A stretch of DNA of 64,000 bases from Octopus bimaculoides (taxonomy: Eukaryota). Below, piece by piece: positions 12,915-26,019 of the stretch (position 1 is the first letter of the stretch; every line of letters starts with the position of its first letter). The notes beneath the pieces are model-generated. The model did not search any database and was not told the DNA's origin. It worked only from the letters and a program-made list of their open reading frames with translations. The position numbers and the translations under genes are program-made. The DNA lies in contig NC_068991.1 of the NCBI RefSeq assembly GCF_001194135.2, positions 52,613,497 through 52,677,496 of the forward strand, read 5' to 3'.

Positions 12915-13440
12915 CATCATTTAATGTCCACTTTCCATACTGGCACGGGTTGAATGGTTTGACAGGAATTGGCCAGCTGGGGAGCTACCCAGGTTTCAGT
13001 TGACTGCTTTGACAGGTTTCTCCAGCTGGATGCCCTCCCTAACACCAACCACTTCACAGTGTAATGGGTGCTTTTATGTGGCACTGACAGGCATTTTTAT
13101 GTCACTAGCACAAGTGCTTTTAGTGTCACTGACGTGGGTTTTTTAAGTGGCACCAGCACAGATGCTTTTAAATGGCACTGGCATGGGTGCTTTCAAGTGG
13201 CACTGGCATGAGTGCCTTCAAGTAACACCAACATGGGTGCTTTTAAGTGATGCCGACACAAGCAATTCTTAGTGGCACTAACATGGGCGCTTCTAAATGG
13301 CACCAGCATAAGAGCTTCTAAGTGGCACCAGCATGGGCACCTCTAAGTGGCACTAGCACGGGCGTTTTTATGCAGAATCAGCATGGGCACTTTTACATGG
13401 CACCTGCACAAATGCTTTTTACGTGACACCAGCACTCACA
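12915..13440 (-). mobile_element. Same SINE family with an expanded internal ~25-bp tandem array
   Basis: About 14 diverged units of GTGGCACCAGCATGGGTGCTTTTA from about 13065 to 13435. Confidence 0.85.
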
Positions 13441-13634
13441 TACCTCATGGAGAAATATAATTTTATTCTAGTGTTTTTTTTCTTCTTTTTACTGTACCCA
13501 CCTATCTTTTATATGTTTTCTATTTCATTAATTGTATTTGAATATTGTTTTTGCATATCATTGTCTATTGATGTGAGTTGAAAAAAATTAGTATTATTTA
13601 CTTATTAAAAAGAATTTATTTTTTGTAATTACAG

Positions 13635-13711
13635 AACAGAGAAGAATCATGTCAAATTTGATATAATCAATTTGAATTCTTCCTCAAACTGGTTTACTGG
13701 GAATTTTTCAG
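13635..13711 (+). CDS. MAP4K3: CNH exon (G)TEKNHVKFDIINLNSSSNWFTGNFS
   Basis: ttacag| and G|gtgaga, phase 2-1; F..INLNS.SxWF motif. Confidence 0.95.
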
Positions 13712-13945
13712 GTGAGATACTTTTCCACTAATTGTATCATCTTCATAATCATTTAATGTCATCCATGGTCTATGCTAGCATATTCAGTTAAACTTATGTA
13801 AAAATAGCTCTTGATATTTATAATTCTATGATGATGATATAACATCAAGTTTTTCTCTCATTTTGAATTTAAAAAGCATATTTCTCATCTCTGGTTTTCT
13901 ATTAAAATTCTAAACTTGTAATTATTTTTTTTGTATCTTTTAAAG

Positions 13946-14011
13946 GGGAGACTTTACCTGTGGTGAATGTTACCCAGTTGGAGAAGGAATCAATTCTAGT
14001 TTGCTATGATA
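13946..14011 (+). CDS. MAP4K3: CNH exon (G)ETLPVVNVTQLEKESILVCYD
   Basis: cttttaaag| and A|gtaagt, phase 1-1; VTQLE...LVC motif. Confidence 0.95.
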
Positions 14012-14129
14012 GTAAGTGTTGCTTTATCAGTAGTAGTTTTTTAATTTCTTCTATCATTTAAACTAATTGCTTTATTAATGATTTCTCTTTATATGTGTTA
14101 CACTTCTAATAGAGGCAAATTATTTTGAT

Positions 14130-14520
14130 TACCTCAGCCTGTCTTGAAAGGAATTAAGCAAGCATGTTCCATTGGATGTGCAGTATAGGTGCATGTGAAC
14201 AACAATACACATGTGATGAGAGAATAACGGAGCATGACAGGAATCAGATGCAATGTGCAAGAAAAGAGACTGCACTACTTATGGTCATGTGATGTGTATG
14301 AATTAAAGCAGCTGTATAAAGAAGTACCAATCACTAAGTATGTTGGAGTTTGTGGAAGAAGGAGACCCAGGAGGACACAGGACAAAATAATGAAGGCTGA
14401 TCTCAGAACTTAAACTTCATGGAGGAGATTACAAGGGACAAGGATGACTGGCAGTATGAGGTTCTTGAGAAGACCCATACAAATTGACAAAACTAAGTTC
14501 TGAAAGCACTGTGTGTGTGT
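14130..14520 (+). mobile_element. RTE LINE 3' remnant
   Basis: Degenerate RL..YGHV.. and GRRRPRRT...ADL C-terminal motifs with many stops. Confidence 0.55.
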
Positions 14521-16092
14521 ATATGTATATATGCAGAACAGAGCTGCCCATTGCTCAATTTCCTTCTCAAGACACCACCACCACCACCCTTCATCTTGCC
14601 AACTCCATCTTTTCCTAGATGTTACTAAATCTTTCTCACAATCCAGAGCCATTTCACTTGATACTCATCCCTCTCCTTAAGTGTCCTCTTCATGCTCATT
14701 TGACATACTCCCACCCCCATCACAAAGCACCTAATCATCTCACCTTCTGTACTGCCATACATTTCTCTCACTCCTTTCATGCATTTTGCTTGCCTCATTT
14801 TCTTTCCCCCACACTCTCACAACCTATCTCACTACTTGTCATCTCTCTTTCTCTATCCCACTGTCTATTGTATCATCAATACCAATTCTGCTACTCTTCA
14901 CCTCCATGCATCATTATTCACCTTGCTCTCTTATCCACCCTTCACTACATCTACCCCTCAGTCTTATCCAATTTCTACAGTTGTCACCTACTCTTCCCTA
15001 CTTGTCATCCAGTCAACATTTGTTCTTCATTCATTAATATTATTCACCTCTTCACCATCTCTTACTTCCCCATACACTTTTGCAACACTCCCACTTCTGC
15101 CTTCATTTGCTTCTGCCCATCTTACACCTGAGGGTCCCCGCAAACCCCTCTCCACACTCCACCCTGATTATGCCAACCTTCTATAATGTGGATAACCATG
15201 TGGCCTCTCAACAGTAAGAAACTTGAGTTCCTTTTCCCATACTTTAACCCTTATCTCCTAGCATAAAGCCACTTCTCTCTGAGTTTGTAGTCTTGCAAGC
15301 TGTATGGTAATCTCACTAGTGCTGGTGGCTCAAAAAAAAAAAACACCTAGTACACTCTATACAGTGGTTGGTGTTAGGAAGGGCATACACCCATAGAAAC
15401 CATGTCAAAGTAGACACTGGAGCATGGTGCAGCCCTTGGGCCTGTTGGATCCTGTTAAACCATCCAACCCATGCCAGCATGGAACATAGATGTTGACTGA
15501 TGATGATGATGAAATAAAGGAATCTAAGTGGAAAAGTGTTTGCTCCAACAATTTACAAATGTTCAAATATGGAATAAAATTCCTCCTTTGTCAGCATCGT
15601 CATAAACCATCAACAGTATATTTTTTATAAGAAGTTTCATATTCTGCATTGTATATTTAGATTTCCTTTCCAACAATCTCATTTGTTGTTAAATAAATAT
15701 TCATTTTCCAGTTGTGGAAACAATATCTGAATTCCCAGTTAATATAATAAATTATAATACAAATTCAAGATCTATGTGCTGCTGACAAATTTCAAATGTA
15801 AGGTACTGTTCACAGTACCTTTACAACAGCCTTTCTTTAAACTGGCCAGATCTGGCCTCTCTCGCCTGCCTTAAAATGTCATTCTAAAAATAAACAATAA
15901 CATCACCGAAATTTCAAAGCTATTAGTTAATGCATGATTAATGCAAAACAATGTGAATAAATAAGCATTAATTTGACAGGGTAATCTGAATGATAAAGGA
16001 TAAAATATATTATTTTTGTATGTTGCTTTGATAGATTTTATGTTTTTAAATTTTTTCCTCAAAACTGGATTGGTTTTGATTTTATTCTTCAG

Positions 16093-16185
16093 AATATGTC
16101 AAGGTTGTGAATATGACTGGGAAATTAAAAGCTAGTCGGCGGCGAGCAGCTGAACTGCATTTTGACTTTCCTGTGGAATCTTTAA
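16093..16185 (+). CDS. MAP4K3: CNH exon (K)YVKVVNMTGKLKASRRRAAELHFDFPVESL
   Basis: cttcag| and A|gtaaga, phase 1-1; VK.VN..GKLK...ELxFDF motif. Confidence 0.96.
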
Positions 16186-16789
16186 GTAAGATAAAATTAT
16201 TCTAAATCTTTCAAGAAGTCTTTTGGTTTAGAGCCTTTTAAACACTGCTTTGTATTTGTTTTTTTTTTTGTTTTTTTTTTTTTTTAACTGTGACTTTATG
16301 ATAAATGCAACTCTTTAAATATATGACATTGTAAGGATGGAAATATTTAACTAGAAATTAGTAATTCTTTTCAATTACTAATAATAAATATAATAAATTA
16401 CTATACACACAAACACACATGGAACTAATTCCAAAATAAAAAAAATTGATAAATCTTGAAGACTGCCTCCTATTCTAGATAAAAATTCAAAATCTAAGGA
16501 GATATTATCTTCAAACTACCTCTGCTGACATACCACATTGATCTCTTATTTAGTCAGTTCTGTTCTATCGCCAACTATCTGGACATTTACTCTGTATCCA
16601 CCCACTTCTACAACTTCCTCTCTATATATATTTTAGTTCCATGCAATGTCAGCACTTTCTGCAGTATGGCTTCACACCCTGAACTCACCTCACTCTCCCC
16701 CCTTGATAATTTCCTTCTTCCAGATTATTCTTATAACTACAATAAAATCTCTTACACACTCATCTTAATGATCACAGTAAACATATGAG

Positions 16790-17200
16790 ACTATCTTTTA
16801 CTTGTTTCAGTCATTAGACTATGCCCATGTTGGACACCAATTTGAAGAATTTTAGTTGAACGAAACAACCCCAGTATTTAACTATTTTTTTAAGCCTGGT
16901 ACTTATTCCATTGGTCACTTTTGCCAAACCTCTAAGTTATAGGAACATAAACACACCAACACTGGTTTTTCAATTGGTGGTGGAGGACAAACATAGACAC
17001 GAAAATACACACACATATATTCATGCATAAGTATGTATGTATATACAACAGGCTTCTTTCAGTTTACATTTACCAAATCCTTCACCAGACATTGGTTGTC
17101 TCAGGGCTATAATAGAAAACTCTTGCCCAAGTACTACACACTGGGACTGAACCAGAAACCATGTGGTTAGGAAGCAAACTTCTTGCCACACCTGCACTTG
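16790..17200 (-). mobile_element. tRNA-derived SINE (GACTGAAACAAGTAAAAGA tail)
   Basis: tRNA-like head with B-box-like GGTTCAGTCCC; other copies at about 27850-27995 (+), 30195-30540 (+), 30835-31210 (-), 37690-37862 (-). Confidence 0.8.
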
Positions 17201-17310
17201 TGTTGTAAATATTTTTAAACCTTTGTTTTCCATCCTGTTATACATTTTTAGTGTTGAATTCTTCAAATATTATTAATTTCTGATTTCTTTAAATATATTT
17301 CCTTTTATAG

Positions 17311-17381
17311 TTTGTTTGCAGGATAGTGTTCTTGCATTTCACAAACATGGCATGCAAGGTAGGAGTTTCAAGGCTAATGAG
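17311..17381 (+). CDS. MAP4K3: CNH exon (I)CLQDSVLAFHKHGMQGRSFKANE
   Basis: ttttatag| and GAG|gtatgt, phase 1-0; near-invariant CLQDSVLAFxKHGMQGRSF. Confidence 0.97.
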
Positions 17382-17656
17382 GTATGTAAACACTTTGTTT
17401 TTAGTTATTTCTCTAGGATAAGTAGCGATTCATTATTACTTAGGATTAACAACTTTTTCTGTAATTAATAATTGCCACCATACTTAATTTGTGCACTGAA
17501 GAAAATGCCTATTTCCTGTTATAATTGTTGTCTGATTGATTAATGTTTATTCCCAGTAGACTGGTGCATTGGTTACATGCTGTAGGAGGGAAGCTGGAAT
17601 GGCATTCCAAAGGCTAGTCTCATTCTTTAGGGACAGAAAATAAATCAACTTAATAC

Positions 17657-18126
17657 TGTTGCTTAGCATCTGCAAGGCAACATTTTTCAACCCACCAAGA
17701 CCTTTGGAAATGTGCTGTGCGTGAGAAGACCCGGCAAGCCAAGTGAGATCGTTGCCAGTGCCCCTGGACTGGCTCTTGTGCGGGTGGCACATAAGATGTA
17801 CCATCCTGAGCGTGACCGTTGCCAGTACCGCCGTACTGGCCTTGTAGGGTTTTCGAGCGAGATCGTTGCCAGTGCCCCTGGACTGGCTCTTGTGCGGGTG
17901 GCACATAAAAGACACCATTTCGAGCGTGGCCGTTTTCATGCGGGTGACACGTAAAAGCACCCACTACACTCTCTGAGTGGTTGGCGTTAGGAAGGGCATC
18001 CAGCTGTAGAAACTCTGCCAAATTAGATTGGAGCCTGGTGTAGCCATCCGGTTGCACCAGTCCTCAGTCAAATCGTCCAACCCATGCTAGCATGGAAAGC
18101 GGACGTTTAAACGATGATGATGATGA
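17657..18126 (+). mobile_element. Young copy of the same SINE family
   Basis: CpGs intact; GGTTGGCGTTAGGAAGGGCATCCAGC and (GAT)n tail; internal 114-bp-period duplication at 17745/17859. Confidence 0.85.
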
Positions 18127-18199
18127 TCAGAGTATTGCTAACACCTCTAGGACTGAGCTGTAACTACACATGCAAATATTTTAGATCACATCTAAAACA

Positions 18200-19246
18200 T
18201 GCCATTTGATTAATTTCTCAAATCTCTGCCCCCTCTCACACTACAACCACTACATCATTAATCTCATGTGACTCTCTTATCTGACTCTTCTACCATTATT
18301 CTTGTGACTCTGAATAGAAAAAGTTGATCAACTCTAACAAATTTTACACAATACGCCTGCTTCTCTTTCTTCTACCATCCAACAGCATATCTAATGTGGT
18401 TTCTAGAAAAACTCAAAAGTTACTCAGTTGCTCTGGAGTAAAAACAAATGTTATTGAAAGAGATACATTTACATAAGCAGTTATAGCAGGGAAGTTAGTT
18501 TTTATCATCCCCATCATCTTTTGTGTCTGCCTTTCCATCCTTGCATGAGTTGGACAGATTTGCACTGCAGTGCCTCAACATTTGTCGCAGTTCATTATCA
18601 CTTTTGTAACATTTAACCTCTTGACCATTTCTCTCGTCTTCCTCATTTTCTCTTTCGCATCTTCCAACTTAACTTACCACTTCTTTACCCAGCTGTCCTC
18701 TTTCATATGGTCCATATCACTATAGTCTTCTCTCTTGCACACTACATCCATTTTCTCTATTCCCAGTCTAATTTCTTCTCTACTATGCATGCACACCAAA
18801 ATTACACACTTTCAGTGAAGCTGTACCACATAATACTCTGTGTGTCCTGCTTCACCAAATATTTTAAACATCTCAGTTCCTTTTTCCAATGGTTTCTTGC
18901 CCTCCTATCATTAATCACACTTTTAAATATCAATCTTTCTGTTGGGCCTATTTAGAATAGGCTCATATTTTTTTTCCCGTGTATTCTCCTCATTCAGCAA
19001 GTCCCTCCCTGGTAACATTTCCATACCTATTTCTTCTCTACATCAGTGATGCCAAATGCCACTTATCATTCCACACACATTTTTCTTCAATGACATTTTG
19101 ATCTGTATTGACACATTTCTTGAATTCTGAAACATTTCATTCTTCTGATCCTATCATCTCATAAGTTTAGCAAACCTATTATTTTTCTCTCTCTCTCTCT
19201 CTTTCTCTCTTTCTNNNNNNNNNNNNNNNNNNNNNNNNNNNNNNNN

Positions 19247-19320
<74 letters not shown>

Positions 19321-20250
19321 TGTAACATAAACTTGACATCTAACTTCCTCTCTGACTACCTGATATTTTTCTTTGCTAGCTCTTTTCTTCCATCTTTCCC
19401 CAAGACTGTCTTTTAGTTTTCAAAGTTCTTTCTACTGTACCATTCCATCACATTGTTACCATTTACTTGGTTCAAACCTAGCACCATCTACAAATCTTGT
19501 CTTGTAGATTATCTTGTACAAACTCACATTTGTCACCTATATTATAACATTCTATTTCTTCCTTTCTCTCATCATTTGCATCAACTTGTATTTCTTCTAA
19601 CTAGGCCAAAGCATCTTTCATTTTCCATGCTTTCCTTCTCTGGAATGTCTTGTCTTTGAGTTAGTCTAGTTCTATACTGGAACCTGATGTTCCAATCTAT
19701 GCTGAGTGGTACATTTGTCATTGGGGGATAGTGTCCACTAGTAGTTACCTTAGTTATTTCATGTCCTGATGAGTACAAAAAACTATCTGGCAGGCATATG
19801 ATAGGCAAGTTATCAAGTAGCTGAACGATTTCTTGAAATTAATATTACAGATATATAGATCATTTTCATTATGGAACTCTAAAAGTCTTGATTCTTCTTT
19901 ATTCTTTGAACCATATCTATAGCTTCCATCTGTGCTACTCTAACCATCCATAGTGGCATAGTGGTGTCCAATATGATCATTAAAGTCACTATCCATTAGT
20001 ATGAGGTTACTGTCAGTCATTACCATGATAGCCTGCAGAAAGACTGCATGAAAAAGATTATTTTGCTCTTCTGTCAGTCCTAGTAGTGCTACATTTAAGA
20101 TGACTTGCTGTTGTGGTGTTCATGACTAGTGCAAGTTGATTTATTCTGTCATATACTCTGACAACTTCAATTACTGTATCCATTCTTCTGCTATAATATA
20201 GTTACTACTCAACCAATCCCATTGCTGTTACCTGCCAATGATAATCTATT
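18200..20250 (-). mobile_element. Heavily decayed RTE LINE
   Basis: Minus strand gives DFNDHIG...YRYGSKNKEESRLLEFHNENDL (AP-endonuclease-like) near 19880-19990; interrupted by (CT)n and a gap. Confidence 0.55.
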
Positions 20251-21168
20251 TTAAGAATGTCTAAGAAACCGAAAAAATATTTTAAATTCAAATTACAATA
20301 AACGTAAACTAACAAACAAACAAAGTTTGCTTTTAGAAGCGTTGAGAGGTCTTAGAAAGTTAAAGAAGTGATTTTAAATTCTCAATCACAGGATAATGCT
20401 AATAGTATAGCCTGAACAGGATAAACTACCCCTATTTTGCAGAAAAAAGTGTAGGTGGTTAGCTATGAGACTTGAACTCACACCTCTGTGATTACGCGTC
20501 ACGATGCTCTGACCGATTGAGCTAAACTCCCCCACTACAGATTCCTCTGCAAAATGTTAAAGAAATACATCATCATCATCTGTCCGTTTTCCATATTGGT
20601 ATGGGTTGGATAGTTTGACAGGAGCTGGTAAGCCAGAGAGCTGCACCAGCCTCCTTCCTAACGCCAGCCACTTTACAGAGTATACTGGGTGCTTTGTATG
20701 TGTCACCAACACGTGCTTTTTGTGTTGCACCAGCACAGGTGCTATTTGCAAGGCACCAGCACTAGTTGGTACGCTAAGTAGCTTGCAAAACAGAGACCTC
20801 TCAGCTGAGAGGGAACCAAGGGAAGTGGTTGTGTACCAGGTAAGAGGTTAGAGTATAGTAGAGGGACAGTCAGAGTAAGAGAGAAATAAATTGTGTTGAA
20901 GATGTATTGGGGCTTACCTACAGGGAACATTGGATGGGTGTATATATAGTACAGAGTGGATGTTTAGAGATGGGGGAAGACATGACTGTAGCAAATAATG
21001 GTGAGAGAAATTGGAGTTGATGGGAGAGGGGTTCCTTAACGAAGCAGTAAAATATTAAACGAACAGAAAATCTAATAAATTTATAAACTTTATGCATAGA
21101 CTAGTATTATCATTTTACAATTAGTATATCCATTATTACTTTGAAATATATGCTGTTCTGTTTTTCAG

Positions 21169-21224
21169 GTAACTCAAGAGATATGTGACAAAACCAGAAT
21201 ATTTAAATTGCTGGGTTCTGATAG
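21169..21224 (+). CDS. MAP4K3: CNH exon VTQEICDKTRIFKLLGSD
   Basis: tttttcag| and AG|gtgagt, phase 0-2; VTQEI.D..RIF.LLGSD motif. Confidence 0.97.
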
Positions 21225-21363
21225 GTGAGTTAATTGCTCATTTCCTAAAAATTGTTCATTTTATATCTTAGATGTTGTAATGTTATAAGAACATTTTAAA
21301 GAAAATATTATAATCAAAAAGCTGTTATTGGTTTTTAATTGTTTTCTTTGTTTTTCTTTGTAG

Positions 21364-21451
21364 AGTAATTATATTAGAAAGTCGACCAACTGACCAGCCT
21401 GACTCAGTGTCCAATCTTTATGTGCTGGCTGGCCATGAGAACACCTATTAG
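21364..21451 (+). CDS. MAP4K3: Last coding exon (R)VIILESRPTDQPDSVSNLYVLAGHENTY*
   Basis: ctttgtag| acceptor, TAG at 21449-21451; C-terminus like MAP4K3/5 LESRPT...SNLYILAGHENSY; the 14 exons sum to 1404 nt, in frame. MAP4K3 vs MAP4K5 orthology cannot be resolved by eye. Confidence 0.97.
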
Positions 21452-24215
21452 AGGCTATTGCTACTAATCTACTATCTCCTGTATCTACCCCACTACTCAC
21501 ACCACTGCCTACCTGCCATTGAGTAATGTTGAAGAAAAGAGAAATTAATTTGGTCATTTTCATTATTTTAATCTGAAAAAAAATAAAGGATTATTTCCAA
21601 TATTCACTTAATCTTTCAAGTGCAACTATTTCTGCAATGAGAGTGTTGCAACGGTAGCTTGTAGTACTACTATATTAGTAATACTTCAACCTTCCTCTGG
21701 TTAAACTAGTTGTCTGATAAACACCCAGATTGTCCAACTGTATTGTCATTATTACACCACCATTGTGGCATGCTTTATTTCCAGCTTTCTGTTATCCATG
21801 TTAGTCAGTTGAGGCTGTGTGCTAATAATGGAGTGTCTTTGACCAAGTTATCAACTTTACCCATGGACACATTTCACTGTGATGAAAAATTTTTAAGATT
21901 TTGGCAATAATAACTTTACAGTAATTTTGAGAATACAGAGGGACTTGGTCAGATAGTTACAATTTCAGAAATTCTAAAACAGATTTGATGGATAGTTTAA
22001 AGTTTAACTAGTAACGATCCAATTCTTTGTTTATTTATTTATTTACTTTGTTTTGTTTTTATTAATTAACTTTAGGAGTGTTTCATTCTCCAAATTTCTT
22101 AGGTGCATGTTTGGAGAAGGAAGAAAAAAAAAAAACATTGTATATTTGCCCTTAAATAAATTTTCCTTCCAATTTTCTTTTCCTCCCCAAATTATATTTT
22201 TCATGTCAAGGTTCTGGAAAAAAATGTGCCTTGAGATTTACCAGTGCTTACCTATTGTCTTTTGTTAATTTTATAATTCCTAGATGTAATTTCAATGAGA
22301 ATTTATATAAATTTCTCCACCATATAAGTTAATATTTTTTTCTAACCTCTAATCCTATTGTTTGTTCCCCTGATGTATGCAATTATCAAATTACTTTTAA
22401 ATCCTCATTCTTATGTGGGTTGTTTCTTTCAACTAGTTTCCTAGATTAGCATTTATTTATTTATTTATTTTTGTTGAAAACTACAATTGCAAAATCAACC
22501 CAACTTTAAAGTTTAAGTATAAAGATATAAATCTATATCACAGTTACACAATATATGAAATTATAACATTACTCTAGAGATAATTAGAGCCACTATTTTT
22601 ATAAGTTGAAATTGTAAAAATATTGTTATTTAGTCTATTTATCATGCTTGGCATGATAAAGTCTATTTTCTTGCCATTTGGTATTCTGTTTTCTGAAAGC
22701 ATTATATTTTTGTTAATATGGCTTCCAAAATAGTTGATAAACCCATATTTGGACGTTCGTTTAGACTGTCTAATTACAGTTAAATATTGAGTTAATTATT
22801 AAGAGTTTCACAATGAAATAGCTTACTTCTTAAAAAAATTAAACCTCAGCTAAGATGTCCCCATTTATGAACTGTATATTGATTGAAATAGTTAACTTTT
22901 GGAATATTGAGTATTTGGTTTACTTTTATGCCATTAGAGCTTTTTAGCTGATGAGTCCAGTTTAAAGAATACAAATCAACATTATCAGGAAAGCAGTTTT
23001 AAACTATGTGGAATCGTTTACTTGAAAAGTAATGCTTTGTTTTAGCAGCAAATATTTATCTCTGTAATGTGAGACAAACAATGTTGCTGCAATCTCATCT
23101 GTTTATATCCTCCTCTTTACATATATACTTTACAAATCAGACATCTCTTTATATACCGTTGACATCTCTGACAGCCAAATTAAAGAGAGTGGAATGAGAT
23201 ATTTAAAAGTAAGACATTTCATCATTTATCATACATATATGCATATAAACATAAACTTAAATGTCTAAATACTATACAAATTGATTGCAAAACTCTCAAA
23301 ACAGACTGCTTGCGTTTCTTTATCTGTTTGTTTGTTTGTTTTTTTAAATTTAAATTATTACTCTCTTTATTTTCGATACTCATTGCAGCAAAAGAAAAAT
23401 TATGTTGGCTAAGATACAAAATGCCTTGGATTTAGACATGTTGTTATTAAATATAGTGCCAAGTTCTTAAAGAATTTTAATCTTGTAAGATTACAGAATT
23501 TGTTGATTTCATATAGATGTTTATGGTAAAGTTGTTTAGTTGAAAACTGACTTTACTTTTTGGTTGATCAGCAAAATAAGAGGAATTTTGGTCTGAAATT
23601 TCAAAACCACAAATCATTAATGCATTCATTTACTACCACACCACCACCACCACCCACTACACCTGGTACGTTAAAAGTAACAGTAATTAGTAGGGGGACA
23701 TCAATTTTATTTTGAAACTATTTTGTTAAAATATTTTCAGAACTGTTTTTAAAAATGCCATCCATTTACCTTTTTATTAAATTATCCTTTTTGACGTTTT
23801 TCTTTAAAAATATAAACAACCCAGTTAAGTTAAACAATATTTAGTTTTGAAGTAAAAAAAAAAAAAAATCAATCATTCTGAAGTTAAATATGTCAATCGA
23901 ATAGTTTTCATAAAATGCTCTGCTATTTTTCTTTTCTGACACAAAACTATTGAAAGCCTTTTTCTTTCTTTCTTTTTTTAAGACTGTATCTTTGTATTGA
24001 AGGATTTTTTCTTTTTTTTTTTTTCCAATGAAAAGGCAATCCTAATAATTTAGATATTGTAAAATATCAGTTAACTAAGTTTCTTTTAATTATATTTCCC
24101 TAATTTTATGAAAGCATTTTTCTTTTCCCTTTAGAATAGAGAAGCATGAATCCTTTATAGATACCAAATTACACAGAAATTTTCAATTTTCAAAGGTTTC
24201 TTTTCTGCAGATTTC
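21452..24215 (+). other. Probable long 3' UTR of the MAP4K gene
   Basis: About 2.7 kb of AT-rich sequence with no recognisable TE, ATTT/ATTTA runs and AATAAA hexamers; true end unknown (gap at 24216). Confidence 0.55.
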
Positions 24216-24664
24216 NNNNNNNNNNNNNNNNNNNNNNNNNNNNNNNNNNNNNNNNNNNNNNNNNNNNNNNNNNNNNNNNNNNNNNNNNNNNNNNNNNNNN
24301 NNNNNNNNNNNNNNNNNNNNNNNNNNNNNNNNNNNNNNNNNNNNNNNNNNNNNNNNNNNNNNNNNNNNNNNNNNNNNNNNNNNNNNNNNNNNNNNNNNNN
24401 NNNNNNNNNNNNNNNNNNNNNNNNNNNNNNNNNNNNNNNNNNNNNNNNNNNNNNNNNNNNNNNNNNNNNNNNNNNNNNNNNNNNNNNNNNNNNNNNNNNN
24501 NNNNNNNNNNNNNNNNNNNNNNNNNNNNNNNNNNNNNNNNNNNNNNNNNNNNNNNNNNNNNNNNNNNNNNNNNNNNNNNNNNNNNNNNNNNNNNNNNNNN
24601 NNNNNNNNNNNNNNNNNNNNNNNNNNNNNNNNNNNNNNNNNNNNNNNNNNNNNNNNNNNNNNNN

Positions 24665-25015
24665 TATACTAGCCCCCAAATTGGACATCACTGCACTGTT
24701 CCAAAGGTCCCACCCATCCCATCTAGAGTGAAAACCATGTACTGCAATAGCTCGGGATTCAAAAGGCCCACAGCTATTTAGTATCTTGCCAAAACATTTT
24801 AGAGACCGATATGGAGTAGGGATAGGTGTTTTCAAGAAACAACTTAATCTTTTGCTGTCCAAGGTCTCAGATGAACCTACATCATGGCAAGAAACCCAAA
24901 AGAGGGCAGCATTATCAAACCCCCTTCTTTATCAAAAGCCGGTTACAGAAGAATGGCCATTGAAAGGCGATAACACTGGCAGTGCTCTAGTATGGCCACA
25001 GCCTTTGGGGTGAAA
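24665..25015 (+). mobile_element. CR1-like LINE 3' end
   Basis: Translates YCNSSGFKGPQLFSILPKHFRDRYGVGIGVFKKQLNLLLSKVSDEP, typical of the invertebrate CR1/L2-group ORF2 C-terminus. Confidence 0.7.
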
Positions 25016-25919
25016 TGTATAAAAGAATATATATGTATATATGAAATGTTCTACATCATATTGGTATTGCTTGGGTTAATTTTGTTAAGGTTATAGTATT
25101 CTCTTGAGATCTTAAAATCCTTCTCCATCAGTATTTTAATCTTTATCTGAAGTAAATCGCTTCTGGTTATTAGAATTCAGAAGACTTGTGTAGTTGGATG
25201 CTTGAAAATTTTCCCTCTTTCACGGGCAGTGTAATAAAATCATGCTTCAATGGAAGTTATTTGCAGAAGTATTGTGTCTAAATATGCTAAAGTTACTTTG
25301 GAAGCTTTTTATTTTTGTTCACGCTGTTGTATATTATTTTGAATGACAGTTATGTTTTCAAATCTCAAAAATAATTCAGTAAAAGACACACACACATACA
25401 CAAGATGAGGAATAACTATGATCAGTCATATTATTTCCTGGTAGGAATAACTCGCTTGTTTCCTTCTGAGGAATGACTGAATCCTCCATCTCTCTTCTTA
25501 TGAATCCTACGCTTTATGAGAGATGTAGTGAAAAGTGCTTGTTTCCAGAAATGATTGATAACTCTAGTTCTTTATTTATAACAGTTCTAAAACTTCTCCT
25601 ATGGAACAATTTAACTGTTGACATCAACCATTTGTATCTCAACCAAAACAGCTCTTCGGCTTTTGTTTTTGTTTTTTCCTCACTTACCATAAGTATTTTT
25701 TTTAACTTCCTAGTCATCTTTCACATTCCTAAAAAAACAAAAAAAAAGTCCTGTCTGTTAATCAAAAATTTGTTGAAAATCTAAAAAAATATTAAATCTA
25801 GCTGACCTGCTACTTGGCTTGTTTGTATTTATTTCTAACATTAAAGTAATTTACTCTTGTTTCTTCCACTCTCCACCTACTCTGCAACTACCATCATCTC
25901 AGTAAGCTACCATTTATCC

Positions 25920-25950
<31 letters not shown>

Positions 25951-25988
25951 TTTATTACCATCATCATCATCATTCATCATCACCACCA

Positions 25989-26019
<31 letters not shown>

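Noticed and set aside
12915-13440. CRISPR-like array
   Set aside because: Units abut without unique spacers, lie inside a eukaryotic SINE, and there are no cas genes
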